Part shown: in pieces, positions 10,029-19,005 of the stretch
Layout of the letters: every line of letters begins with the position of its first letter
Position numbering within the stretch: position 1 is the stretch's first letter
Assembly (NCBI GenBank): GCA_963752255.1
Contig: CAVVXT010000019.1
Span: forward strand, 480,001-544,000
Origin: Nitrososphaeria archaeon
GTDB lineage: Archaea; Thermoproteota; Nitrososphaeria; JACIWG01
Length of the DNA: 64,000 nt
Reading direction: 5' to 3'
Translations under genes and position numbers: made by a program
The notes under the pieces: generated by a model
Told to the model about the DNA's origin: nothing
Databases searched by the model: none
Seen by the model: only the letters and a program-made list of their open reading frames with translations

Positions 10029-10064
10029 AAAAGGTCAAAATTTTCCAGCAATGTGTATAACCCC
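10029..10064 (-). repeat. right terminal inverted repeat
   Basis: Reverse complement ggggttatacacattgctggaaaattttgacctttt. Confidence 0.8.
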
Positions 10065-10078
10065 ATATAAGATATGGG
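10065..10078 (+). repeat. 14-bp target-site duplication, right copy
   Basis: atataagatatggg, identical to 8113-8126. Confidence 0.85.
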
Positions 10079-10114
10079 CCCAATGGGATTTGAACCCATT
10101 TTGGTTTAAGTCCC
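10075..10114 (-). other. tRNA 3'-end fragment (T-arm plus acceptor strand, Ile/Val-like) within an att-like palindrome
   Basis: Minus strand atggg-ttcaaat-cccat-tgggccc-a (10099-10075) with no 5' half; palindrome gggatttgaacc-catttt-ggtttaagtccc. Confidence 0.75.
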
Positions 10115-10281
10115 TTAATTAAGTATTGATTTTTACTTTATGTGGTATATTATTTAACGATAATTGTCTTTCTCTCAATCTCCTGTCGTTAACTAACTGA
10201 AAGAGCGCACATATTCTTTTAAGGCAGAACAGAATATGTAACTTTTTAAAGTAGAACAGAAGAAGAAACTTACTGATTAAC

Positions 10282-11277
10282 ATGAAATACGTCAGATTAG
10301 GCTGGTCAGGATTAAAGGTGTCTCCGATAGCAATCGGATGCATGTCGTTCGGAAACCTTGAACCGTGGATGATCGAAAAAGAGGAGGCACGAAAGGTTGT
10401 GAACAAAGCACTGGACTTGGGCGTCAACTTCTTTGATACCGCAAACCTCTACTCCTTAGGCAGGTCAGAGGAGATTGTAGGAGAGCTTCTAAAAGACGTC
10501 CGAGAAGATGTGATAATCGCTACAAAGGTCAACAGCAAGATGGGAGAAAAGCCGAACCAGAGAGGTCTCTCAAGAAAGCACATAATGTGGCAGGTTAAGG
10601 AGTCCCTAAGAAGGCTTGGAACAGGCTACATCGACCTCTACCAGATTCACAGGTGGGACTACGAAACGCTAATAGAGGATACGCTGTCAACGTTGAACGA
10701 CCTTGTAAGAGGTGGAGTAGTTAGATATATTGGAGCGTCCAGTATGTGGGCTTGGCAGTTTTCGAAGGCGCTGTACACAAGTGAAATCAAGGGCTTCGAG
10801 AAGTTTACGAGTATGCAGAACAAGTGGAACCTGCTCTACAGGGAGGAGGAGAGGGAGATGGTTCCTCTTTGCAAAGAACAGAACATTGGAATAATACCAT
10901 ACAACCCTGTTGCAGCCGGCCTGCTGTCTGCTCGTCATATGAAAGAAGGAAAGATTGAGATTGGTAGCAACGATATGATGAGGCTTCAACCAGACTATAG
11001 GCTTGCCCCAATCTATGGAAAGCTTTACGTTGACCCCCCTGAAAACGCTGAAATCGTTAGAAGGGTTGCGGAGGTAGCACAGGGCAAGGGTGTGAAACCG
11101 ACTCAGATCGCGTTAGCGTGGCTGTTTCATAAAGGTGCTACAGCACCCATCATAGGAACCACGAAGCCTGAGCACGTGCAGGAGGCGGTTGAATCGATAG
11201 AAATAGGTTTATCCGAAAAAGAAGTCGCGTATATAGAAGAACCATACTTGCCGAAGCCCGTCAATGGACACAAATGA
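10282..11277 (+). CDS. aldo/keto reductase (YajO-like)
   Basis: GVNFFDTANLYS, IATK, YIDLYQIHRWD. Confidence 0.92.
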   Translation: MKYVRLGWSGLKVSPIAIGCMSFGNLEPWMIEKEEARKVVNKALDLGVNFFDTANLYSLGRSEEIVGELLKDVREDVIIATKVNSKMGEKPNQRGLSRKHIMWQVKESLRRLGTGYIDLYQIHRWDYETLIEDTLSTLNDLVRGGVVRYIGASSMWAWQFSKALYTSEIKGFEKFTSMQNKWNLLYREEEREMVPLCKEQNIGIIPYNPVAAGLLSARHMKEGKIEIGSNDMMRLQPDYRLAPIYGKLYVDPPENAEIVRRVAEVAQGKGVKPTQIALAWLFHKGATAPIIGTTKPEHVQEAVESIEIGLSEKEVAYIEEPYLPKPVNGHK

Positions 11278-11348
11278 TAAACTTCAGCTGTCAAGACGGA
11301 AGGTCTCATATTCATGTTAAGCGTGTTGCAAGTTTAGTGTACACTTAA

Positions 11349-11377
11349 AGTACCTATCCCGTTTGGGTTTAAGTCCC
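11349..11377. other. degenerate third copy of the att-like site
   Basis: agtacctatccc-gtttg-ggtttaagtccc; right arm identical to 10103-10114. Confidence 0.4.
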
Positions 11378-11825
11378 CTCTTATTGATGTTGGTTGGTCT
11401 ATAGTATTGTAACTGTTTTAGAGATTTCCTCATATATAGAGTGAACTGTAACTTCGTGGCTAACTTTTGAAGTCAATGGGGTGCCCGTTATGAAGCTTTC
11501 AATGTCTTACTTATCACAGTTGTTCTTGCCTATGTAGGTATTAGTGTTCTAATTCCTTTGAGCAATGTATTTGTACCCCTCATAGGTGGTTATAGTATAG
11601 AAATTTTTGCCACAGCTGTCTCAGCTATAGTTCCCCATTTGGAAGACCATATAAAACAATATCTTAAAATTTGTTAAACCAAATACTCCTCTTGACTTAC
11701 ATTAACAGATACAGGATTCATTCTTTTCGAAGAATAATATAAAGATTGAACTAATAAAAACTTCATTAGACTAATGCTAAAATATCATAACAAATGTTTA
11801 TTATAAAAAGGTCTTTTGCCTTATT

Positions 11826-12338
11826 TTACCTTATCCCAGTATCTATGGAAATATCTAGACCAGTCGTCTCGTCCACCAAAACGCTTACATTTTTTGGAAA
11901 AACACGGTTACAGCCGATCCATTGACAAGAAGGCTTCAGGGTCACAGCATAGGTTCCTGCCTCCAGCTTAATAGAAAAGTTTCCGCTGGCAGAAAGAGGA
12001 GCATAAAAATAGTCTACACTATTTCCAGTGAACGCTAGGCTGTAGCCTGTCAGATTTTGAACCTTATTGCAGGGTTCTGTTGGGCACAGGGGGCCGATAG
12101 TAACTTGTCCTCGGACTGTTCCATAGCTGCCTGTCGTGGTTGGGGTCGTTGTGGAAGTGCTTGTCTGGGTGGTTGTTGAAGTACTCGTGGGTAAAGTGCT
12201 TGTTGTAGTTGTGTTTGTCATGGTTGGTAGAACCAATGCGTTAGCTATCACAATCACCGTCAGAGTAATAACTGCAGCGAGGATTATTGTAATATACGAA
12301 ACTCTCCTGCTGTTTACATTAGAATCGTTAAAGTTCAT
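11826..12338 (-). CDS. membrane-anchored Thr-rich surface protein with beta-sandwich (carboxypeptidase-regulatory-like) head
   Basis: N-terminal TM, Thr/Ser stalk, GQVTIGPLCP...GNFSIKLEAGTY. Confidence 0.7.
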   Translation of the reverse strand: MNFNDSNVNSRRVSYITIILAAVITLTVIVIANALVLPTMTNTTTTSTLPTSTSTTTQTSTSTTTPTTTGSYGTVRGQVTIGPLCPTEPCNKVQNLTGYSLAFTGNSVDYFYAPLSASGNFSIKLEAGTYAVTLKPSCQWIGCNRVFPKNVSVLVDETTGLDISIDTGIR

Positions 12339-12355
12339 CGTATCACCACACTCGG

Positions 12356-12988
12356 TCAGCCTGTTCTTGTGAGAACCGTTATAACATATGTTCCTGAGGG
12401 AAGAGGGGAACTGAAGTTTAGGACGATGACCTGTGAACCACCTGACGCTATTGTAATAGGAAGACTTGGGTTTGATATCCCTCCATTAACGCTTGACAGT
12501 GGATTTCCGTTTACTAATATATCTGTTAAGGTCTCGTCTACGTTTCCCACGTTTAAAGCGGTTATCGTTATCTTAGTTGAGTTGATAGCGTTTACATCAG
12601 TAATTTGAATCTGTTCTGTTATCACAGTTGTAGTTGATATGATCTGTCCCACGGTTACAGTCGCTGAGGCCTCCGTTTCAGTCATAGTTATCGTAACAGT
12701 GGTTCCGACTGGAGAGTTAGTAACTATGGTAGTAGAAGACCCGGTAAAAGTCGTGGTACCAGATTGTACAGAGGTGGTTCCACTCGAAGTCTTGGGAGAC
12801 CCAGATGTAATGTAACTTGTGGAGGCGGCTATTGCTGTGGTCGTAAATGCAGTTGGGTTGGCAGTGGACGGGAACGCGCCTCGGGTGGGTTGCAGTGGGA
12901 AAAGGTAGCTTGCTGAACCAGCAAGAACTAGCGCGATTATGACAGCTATCAAAGAACCAGCAACAATCTGCTTCCTATATTCTGACAT
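12356..12988 (-). CDS. membrane-anchored Thr-rich surface protein with pilin-like/Ig-like head; paralog of 54813-55514
   Basis: MSEYRKQIVAG and TDILVNGNPLSSVNGGISNPSLPI closely match 54813-55514. Confidence 0.75.
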   Translation of the reverse strand: MSEYRKQIVAGSLIAVIIALVLAGSASYLFPLQPTRGAFPSTANPTAFTTTAIAASTSYITSGSPKTSSGTTSVQSGTTTFTGSSTTIVTNSPVGTTVTITMTETEASATVTVGQIISTTTVITEQIQITDVNAINSTKITITALNVGNVDETLTDILVNGNPLSSVNGGISNPSLPITIASGGSQVIVLNFSSPLPSGTYVITVLTRTG

Positions 12989-13029
12989 ACGCTTTCTACA
13001 CCTTTAGATAGAGGAGGCCATAGATATAG

Positions 13030-13043
13030 TACTAATTTTAGAA
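13030..13043 (-). promoter_or_regulatory. putative operator TTCTAAAATTAGTA
   Basis: 13/14 match to the tandem TTCTAAAATTAGAA boxes at 54709 and 54730; lies upstream of the paralogous gene. Confidence 0.55.
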
Positions 13044-13143
13044 TAGTAGAATCGGTTGCATTCTAACTTTGATTTGGATTATCGTGAGGTCAAAATTTTA
13101 GGAGATAGAATTATTTTTAACAAATAGATGTGGAATTTGCTAT

Positions 13144-14229
13144 TTAAAATATCGGCTTAAACATGTCATCTTTTCCGCTCTCTAGTGCAAAGTATGCAAG
13201 ATACGGTACGGCTATCCCCGTAATCTGTGTAAGAGTGGTGTTTGGAAGGTAGTCTACTGTGAAACCTAACCCATCAGATGTTAGAGGAGAAATGTTTGTG
13301 AGGTTGTTGTTTTGACTATCGTGCATTATAGTCACGTAGTACGGGAAACTTCCTATCGCTCCAACTTTGTTGCCAACTATGGCAGTGGCGTTCGAAAACG
13401 ATGCGCTCCCAAAGTTGGTCAGATTACTCAGCTGATTGCCGAATGTAGGTCTCTCGACAATCCATTCAGCTGAAAGCATACTTGATCGATAGAAGACGTT
13501 CTGATGAAACGCCTGTGTTGTAGTTGTATCATTCAGGTTTATTAGCCATAGATCCCTTGTTGGATCAACTAAGGTTATTGAAGCGACAATCTTATCCCCT
13601 GGCGAGACATTGAAATTCATTATGGTCCTTGAATACATTGGTAACAATTCGAACCAAGCGAAATATTGAGCTTGTCCGTTTACAGAGTCCTGTTCGGTAC
13701 CACATTGGATCAACGTTCTATCAGTAAAACCGCCGATACCTATCCATAAGGCGCTGTAGTAAGAGAGAGTATTATTCTGTGAAATTGACACGCTTGGAAC
13801 TATCCATGAACCGTTCACACCTGTTATAACGGATTGAGGGTTTTGATAATCTGAGACAACAACATAGCCTGCCCAATCTAAGCTTAAAACTTCATTTCCA
13901 GTAATGTTTGGGGATATTGTAGTTGTAGGCGTTACTGTAGTCGTTATTGTAGTTGTTACCAAAGAAGTTGTAGTAGTTACTGAGGTGGTTGTAACAGTTG
14001 AGGTAGCTGTAGCAGTGGACGTTGTCGGTGTTATAGTAGTTGTTGAAGTAACTGTCGCAGTAGTTGTAGTGAGATATGGTACCGTAGTTGTCTCAGTTGA
14101 TGTTGTAGTAGAAGTTGCAGTTACAGTTTTGGCCCCAACTAATCCAATAAACATGACGATGCTAACTCCCGTTATGACAATAATAACAGCTACAGCTATT
14201 GCGACAAACTTTACCGAAATTGCTCTCAA
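13144..14229 (-). CDS. membrane-anchored glutamic peptidase, family G1 (eqolisin/peptidase A4), with Thr stalk
   Basis: WAGY, ALWIGIGG, LIQCGT (catalytic Q), YFAWFE, SAEWIVERP (catalytic E); probable TTG start at 14229. Confidence 0.85.
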   Translation of the reverse strand: MRAISVKFVAIAVAVIIVITGVSIVMFIGLVGAKTVTATSTTTSTETTTVPYLTTTTATVTSTTTITPTTSTATATSTVTTTSVTTTTSLVTTTITTTVTPTTTISPNITGNEVLSLDWAGYVVVSDYQNPQSVITGVNGSWIVPSVSISQNNTLSYYSALWIGIGGFTDRTLIQCGTEQDSVNGQAQYFAWFELLPMYSRTIMNFNVSPGDKIVASITLVDPTRDLWLINLNDTTTTQAFHQNVFYRSSMLSAEWIVERPTFGNQLSNLTNFGSASFSNATAIVGNKVGAIGSFPYYVTIMHDSQNNNLTNISPLTSDGLGFTVDYLPNTTLTQITGIAVPYLAYFALESGKDDMFKPIF

Positions 14230-14489
14230 TTTATTTTCCGCCGAAGATTTCAAAAGCCTACTAATAAATATTTTAAAAAGCATATTAAAAATATTGAAAA
14301 GCATAGAGAAAAGGTTCCCACAGGTCTTCCAACTTCGTTTGACAGATATGAGACACCATTTGCTATCTGAGTAGACTCCAGCCTACGGTTTACCATGATT
14401 TCGATGATTTCAGTTGAATAGATTTGCTTCTAAACCTAAACAATGGATATATATCGTGAGTATATGATAATTAAGGAAGGCGCATCACG

Positions 14490-15608
14490 ATGAACCAGAG
14501 AGAAAGAGTACTCACGTTATTGAATGGGGGTATGCCCGATAGGATACCGTTTGCGCATTGTGACAGGCATCTTCCTCGAGGGGAAAAAGAAAGAAAAGCA
14601 AGAAACATGGGCATGGCACTTCTAATCTACAGACCATGCTACAACGAATCCATATCAGATGTCGAGATTACAACAAAAAACGAACCCGGCTCAATCGTTA
14701 CAACATATAGGACACCCATAGGCAGTCTAACTGAAGTGATAAGAGTAGGTGCCGGCTACGGCCAAGCACTGTTTGGCAGGGATTGGAGGGGAATGCAGCC
14801 TATAAGGACACAGTATCTTGTGAAGAAACCTGAGGATTATAAAATTCTCAAGTTTATAATAGAACACACCAAATACGAGCCCTACTATTATCCTGTAGAA
14901 GATCAGCTTCAAAGGATAGGAGACGACGGCATAGTTATAACGACGATACCCTATGAGCCGATGCAGAGACTTCTCATAACATGGGTTGGATCAAGATTGT
15001 ATCTTGACCTCTTAAAAAATAGGGAGGAAGTCGAAGAAGTATGCAACGCTCTTGAACAGAAATATGAGGATGAGCTCTTTCCAATATCCGCGGACTCACC
15101 CTCCGAAGTAATAGCTTACGGGGGAAACATAGACAGTGTGCTAGTGAATCCGCAGATGTTTGAGAGATACTATCTGCCAACCTACGAGAAGTGTTGGAGG
15201 ACACTCCATTCTAAGGGTAAACTTTTGAACGTCCACATGGACGGAAAACTTAAAGCGCTTACAGGACTTGTCGCCAAATCCAAAGTGGATATCGTGGAGG
15301 CTGTTACTCCACCGCCGATGGGAGACCTGCCTCTGGACACGGCGTTATCGCTCTGGAAGGATAAGATCATTTGGATAAATTTCCCTTCAGCGATTTCAAC
15401 AGCTCTTGGACCAAGACCTTCCAAAGTAAAGGAGTATCTTTTGGAACAGTTAGAGAAGACCATTCCATCGGAAAGGATAATGCTTATCGCGTCAACAGAA
15501 AATTTTGTCCCCGAGGACAATATTATAGCAATGGCTGAAGTAATGGAGCAGGCTACGCTACCGTTGACGACTGGAACCATAGAAAGAATACGGGGTAATA
15601 GAACGTAG
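14490..15608 (+). CDS. uroporphyrinogen decarboxylase / MtaA-CmuA superfamily protein
   Basis: MNQRERVLTLLNGGMPDRIPF start; PQMFERYYLPTY; VHMDGK. Confidence 0.75.
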   Translation: MNQRERVLTLLNGGMPDRIPFAHCDRHLPRGEKERKARNMGMALLIYRPCYNESISDVEITTKNEPGSIVTTYRTPIGSLTEVIRVGAGYGQALFGRDWRGMQPIRTQYLVKKPEDYKILKFIIEHTKYEPYYYPVEDQLQRIGDDGIVITTIPYEPMQRLLITWVGSRLYLDLLKNREEVEEVCNALEQKYEDELFPISADSPSEVIAYGGNIDSVLVNPQMFERYYLPTYEKCWRTLHSKGKLLNVHMDGKLKALTGLVAKSKVDIVEAVTPPPMGDLPLDTALSLWKDKIIWINFPSAISTALGPRPSKVKEYLLEQLEKTIPSERIMLIASTENFVPEDNIIAMAEVMEQATLPLTTGTIERIRGNRT

Positions 15609-15636
15609 AGAGGAAATAATTTAGTGCAGTTCTATA

Positions 15637-16614
15637 TCAATATGGTAAAGCTACGCCGATTTTATTCTTCAGTGCTTTATCGTAGACCGCTTTAGAAACC
15701 GCCAGGTCAACAAGCGCTAGGCCCAAGTTCACTACAGTTATTCGCTCATTTTCATTCTTGCGCCCCTGCTTTACGCCAGCAATAAGCTCACAGAGTTCAC
15801 CATCAACCCTTTCAACAGACTGGAAGTGCCCTATTGTCTTGTAGTACTCGAACTGTTTTAAGTCATCGGTGTAAAGCCTATCAGGTTTGCGGAAGGTGTC
15901 TGAATCCCAGTAGCTATCAAATTCGATAGGACAGATGAGCGCACCTCTCTTCACCCAGCTGAGCTTGGCCACAGGATTAGGCTTCTTCGATATCGGTGTT
16001 GCAGTTACTATAATGTCCGAATCTTCCACAACCTCTCTGGGGCCTGCTGCCTTTATGACTTCGACGTTAAAATTTCTCTTAGCATATTCTACATACTGCT
16101 CTAGCTTCTCCTCTGAAGAGTCGAATGCTTTAGCATTTTTTATACTCTTGAACTCAGAGCACAAAGCTTCCAGGTGACTTTTTCCCTGAACGCCACACCC
16201 CACTATACCTATTACTTCTGGGTTCTCTCGTGCAAGATACTTCGCAGAAAGTGCGGTTACGGCACCTGTTCTCTTTGCAGTCACCCATGAGGCGTCCATT
16301 ATACAGACAGGCAGACCAGTACCTGGGTCATTTAATATAATCAACCCTGATATATACGGGAGATTCTTTGAAGGATTTTGTGGGTATCCGGCTATCCACT
16401 TTATGCCTGCGGCATCGATCTTCGGTATGTAGGCTGGCATGGCGTGGATGAAGGCATCTTCTATTGGATGAATGCCCGGTTTTGGCGGCATTTCAACCCT
16501 TTCGTGGTATTTTTCCTCGAACACGTCCTTGACAGTTGATATCATCTCTTTGAAATCCAACCCAGCAGCTTGAACATCCCCTTTAGATAGATAGAGTATT
16601 CCCTTTCCGAGCAT
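15637..16614 (-). CDS. ornithine cyclodeaminase / mu-crystallin family (imine reductase or Ala dehydrogenase-like)
   Basis: HAMPA, GIKW, TAKRTGA, GCGVQG, GLALVD. Confidence 0.88.
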   Translation of the reverse strand: MLGKGILYLSKGDVQAAGLDFKEMISTVKDVFEEKYHERVEMPPKPGIHPIEDAFIHAMPAYIPKIDAAGIKWIAGYPQNPSKNLPYISGLIILNDPGTGLPVCIMDASWVTAKRTGAVTALSAKYLARENPEVIGIVGCGVQGKSHLEALCSEFKSIKNAKAFDSSEEKLEQYVEYAKRNFNVEVIKAAGPREVVEDSDIIVTATPISKKPNPVAKLSWVKRGALICPIEFDSYWDSDTFRKPDRLYTDDLKQFEYYKTIGHFQSVERVDGELCELIAGVKQGRKNENERITVVNLGLALVDLAVSKAVYDKALKNKIGVALPY

Positions 16615-16710
16615 TGCAGAAACTTTCAGATGAGTTGACTTAAGCTTTTCTAAAGCAATTTACTATAGAATGAAGACTACGTGAAAAATGCAAGACGATG
16701 GCAGGTTTAT

Positions 16711-17733
16711 TCAGACGCACAGCTTGAACTTTTTCGTGGCAAGTTCTACAGCCAACTTTATTGCCTCTAGGGTTGCTGTTTCATTGCCTGTGCCCTTTCC
16801 AGCTTTACCCCAGACCGTACCGTGGTCTGGTGAAGTTCTTATTATAGGCAGACCAAGGCTAAGGTTAACCCCTTCCATGAAACCGACCATCTTCATCGCT
16901 ATATGCCCTTGGTCGTGGTACATCGCTATTACAACATCGAATTGCTTGACGAAATATGCACGATAGAAGATCGTGTCAGGAGGGTATGGCCCTGTAACGT
17001 TTATGCCTTTGGCGGCTGCTTCTTTGATTGCGGGAGAGATCTCGTTTATTTCTTCGTCGCCGAAAAGACCGTTTTCCCCTGCGTGCGGATTTAAACCGGC
17101 GACAGCTATCCTTGCTTGAGGAGTCCCAAATAATTCAACTAAACTTCGCTGCGTCAACTCTAGAGTTTTCAGCACCCTCTCCTTCTTTATAAGATCTATA
17201 GCTTCGCGCATAGAAACATGTGTGGTTACATGAACTACTTTGAACGGCCCAGCAACCAGCATCATCTTAACATCTTTAGCACCCGTCAGGTCTGCCAAGA
17301 GCTCGGTGTGTCCAGGATAATTGTACCCAGCCGAGTTCAAGCTATCCTTGCTTATTGGAGCGGTAACCACCGCATGCACATCATTTGAGAGTGCATAGCG
17401 CACTGCCTGAACTATAGCATCGTAGGCCGACTTTCCTCCCAGTGAGGAGGATTTTCCGTAGACAAGTGCTGCCATGTCAACGTCATTAAGGTCGATGACG
17501 TTAACGGTCTGGGGTGCGTCTAAAGCTTCCGAGGGAGAAGATATCTTAACGAATTTCAGTTCCTTTGCTCCGATGGTCTCCGAAGCCTTTCTGAACACCT
17601 GGAGATCGCCTACTAGAACGTATCTGGCGTTTTGTGGAAGACTCTTGTTTTTCAAAGCCTTTAAGGTTATTTCAGGTCCGGATCCTGCTGGGTCACCCAT
17701 AGTTATTGCTATTAAGGGCTTGCTCGAATCCAA
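16711..17733 (-). CDS. pdxA: PdxA-family dehydrogenase (PdxA2, 4-phospho-threonate/erythronate dehydrogenase-like)
   Basis: TMGDPAG, GHTE, LNPHAGE, MYHDQG, RTSPDHGT; coupled to the DUF1537 kinase. Confidence 0.9.
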   Translation of the reverse strand: MDSSKPLIAITMGDPAGSGPEITLKALKNKSLPQNARYVLVGDLQVFRKASETIGAKELKFVKISSPSEALDAPQTVNVIDLNDVDMAALVYGKSSSLGGKSAYDAIVQAVRYALSNDVHAVVTAPISKDSLNSAGYNYPGHTELLADLTGAKDVKMMLVAGPFKVVHVTTHVSMREAIDLIKKERVLKTLELTQRSLVELFGTPQARIAVAGLNPHAGENGLFGDEEINEISPAIKEAAAKGINVTGPYPPDTIFYRAYFVKQFDVVIAMYHDQGHIAMKMVGFMEGVNLSLGLPIIRTSPDHGTVWGKAGKGTGNETATLEAIKLAVELATKKFKLCV

Positions 17734-19005
17734 CTACATTCGCCTCATAACCTTCAACCTCGCCGCTATTTTAATAAGGGTTCCCTTGTTCCCGAAGCCG
17801 CCTGCTTTAGTTACAATATATTTTCCATTGTAGTTGAGAACCGGAAGACCGGGCTCGATTTCTCCCTTCAATTCCAACGCGTCAATGTTCAAGCTGCGTA
17901 TTACTGATACAGCGACGTCACCTCCTGTGATAAAAAGACCGCAAAATTGGCTCCATCCGAAACCTATAATGATAGCTGAAACAAGATTGCCGAATTTTTC
18001 AGCCAAAACAAGCCCAAAGTCAGACATGCTAACGCCCAATTTTTTTGCCATAGCTTCACCCTCAGAAATCTGAGAGGGACTGTAGGATATTGTTACAACT
18101 ATATCAGATAAGGAAGCTAATGCATCCGCCACTTCCTTCTTAACCCTCCTGCATTCGGATTCAAAATCGTTAACCAAGACGTCTATCTTTACAAGCACAA
18201 GCTTTGATGGAAACTCTTGAGTAAAGGTCTTGACCTGATCTTTGGCCAGATCATTAGGGGAGCCGACTGCCATCAGCACAGGCTTTCCCTTACGATTTCC
18301 TATGATAACGTTGTAGGCAATACTTTCAGCTAATCCAGCTGAACCCACCCATATTATGTTCCCTTTATCTGATTCATATACCTCTTGAACTATGATCTTC
18401 AAGTCTTCATCGTTTTCAGCATCGGAAGAAATCACTCTACTGCTAGATATGAGTTCTCTGATTCTTCCGCTTCTCAATTCCTTTAACGATATATGGTGGT
18501 AGACTTCTTTGAATGCAACATTAAAGTAATCAGGGATACTAGAAGATTTGACAGGCGTCCTAATGTCTTTACCAAAATAGGTTTGGTTAACAGGAATGCC
18601 TTTAACCATGAGAATACCATTTCTAATGATACGCTCCTGTTTAGGAAAAGCAGGCGCAAAAACTACGAGATCAGGTTCGAGGGCATCGTATAGCCCCCTT
18701 ATTTCTGGAACTATGTTTCCCCTCATAGTTGAGTCGATCTTCTTATAGACGAGTGTGTTGCCGAAACCTTTTCTTATTCTAATTCCCAATGATTGCAGCT
18801 TATCTTTAGCTTTTTGGACGTCGAGAGCTCTACTTTCGGTATCAACTGCAACGACATCATATTTCTTCATCAGAATCGGAACGGTATCAATATCCAACGT
18901 TGTTATTGTCGAAAAGCCGAGCTTGGCAAACTGAGCGGTTGTATCATTAGCGCCAGTAAAATCATCAGCGACTATTAGGACTGATCTGAATATCTTTAAA
19001 GTCAT
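17734..19005 (-). CDS. four-carbon acid sugar kinase (DUF1537, DtnK/DenK-like)
   Basis: IVADDFTGANDT, YKKIDSTMRGN, TGGD, TKAGGFG. Confidence 0.9.
   Translation of the reverse strand: MTLKIFRSVLIVADDFTGANDTTAQFAKLGFSTITTLDIDTVPILMKKYDVVAVDTESRALDVQKAKDKLQSLGIRIRKGFGNTLVYKKIDSTMRGNIVPEIRGLYDALEPDLVVFAPAFPKQERIIRNGILMVKGIPVNQTYFGKDIRTPVKSSSIPDYFNVAFKEVYHHISLKELRSGRIRELISSSRVISSDAENDEDLKIIVQEVYESDKGNIIWVGSAGLAESIAYNVIIGNRKGKPVLMAVGSPNDLAKDQVKTFTQEFPSKLVLVKIDVLVNDFESECRRVKKEVADALASLSDIVVTISYSPSQISEGEAMAKKLGVSMSDFGLVLAEKFGNLVSAIIIGFGWSQFCGLFITGGDVAVSVIRSLNIDALELKGEIEPGLPVLNYNGKYIVTKAGGFGNKGTLIKIAARLKVMRRM

Larger units (their letters stand above)
8127..10064. mobile_element. candidate non-autonomous mini-casposon (1938 bp)
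   Basis: Imperfect TIRs starting GGGGTTATA, 14-bp TSD at a tRNA 3' end, PolB-tail-like relic; no cas1 or transposase inside. Confidence 0.72.

Noticed and set aside
8127-10064. Ordinary IS or composite transposon interpretation of the TIR element
   Set aside because: No DDE or HUH transposase remnant seen; the 14-bp TSD anchored on a tRNA 3' end fits casposons better, though an IS-derived MITE is not formally excluded
11468-11470. Selenocysteine readthrough at the in-frame TGA
   Set aside because: No redox motif and no recognisable SECIS; a nonsense mutation is simpler
13088-13101. 14-bp match (ggtcaaaattttag) to the inner part of the left TIR
   Set aside because: AT-rich, with no terminal GGGG, partner or TSD; compatible with chance
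13904-14374. Val-rich ORFs (also 12136-12372, 56304-56498)
   Set aside because: Antisense shadows of ACN-rich Thr tracts
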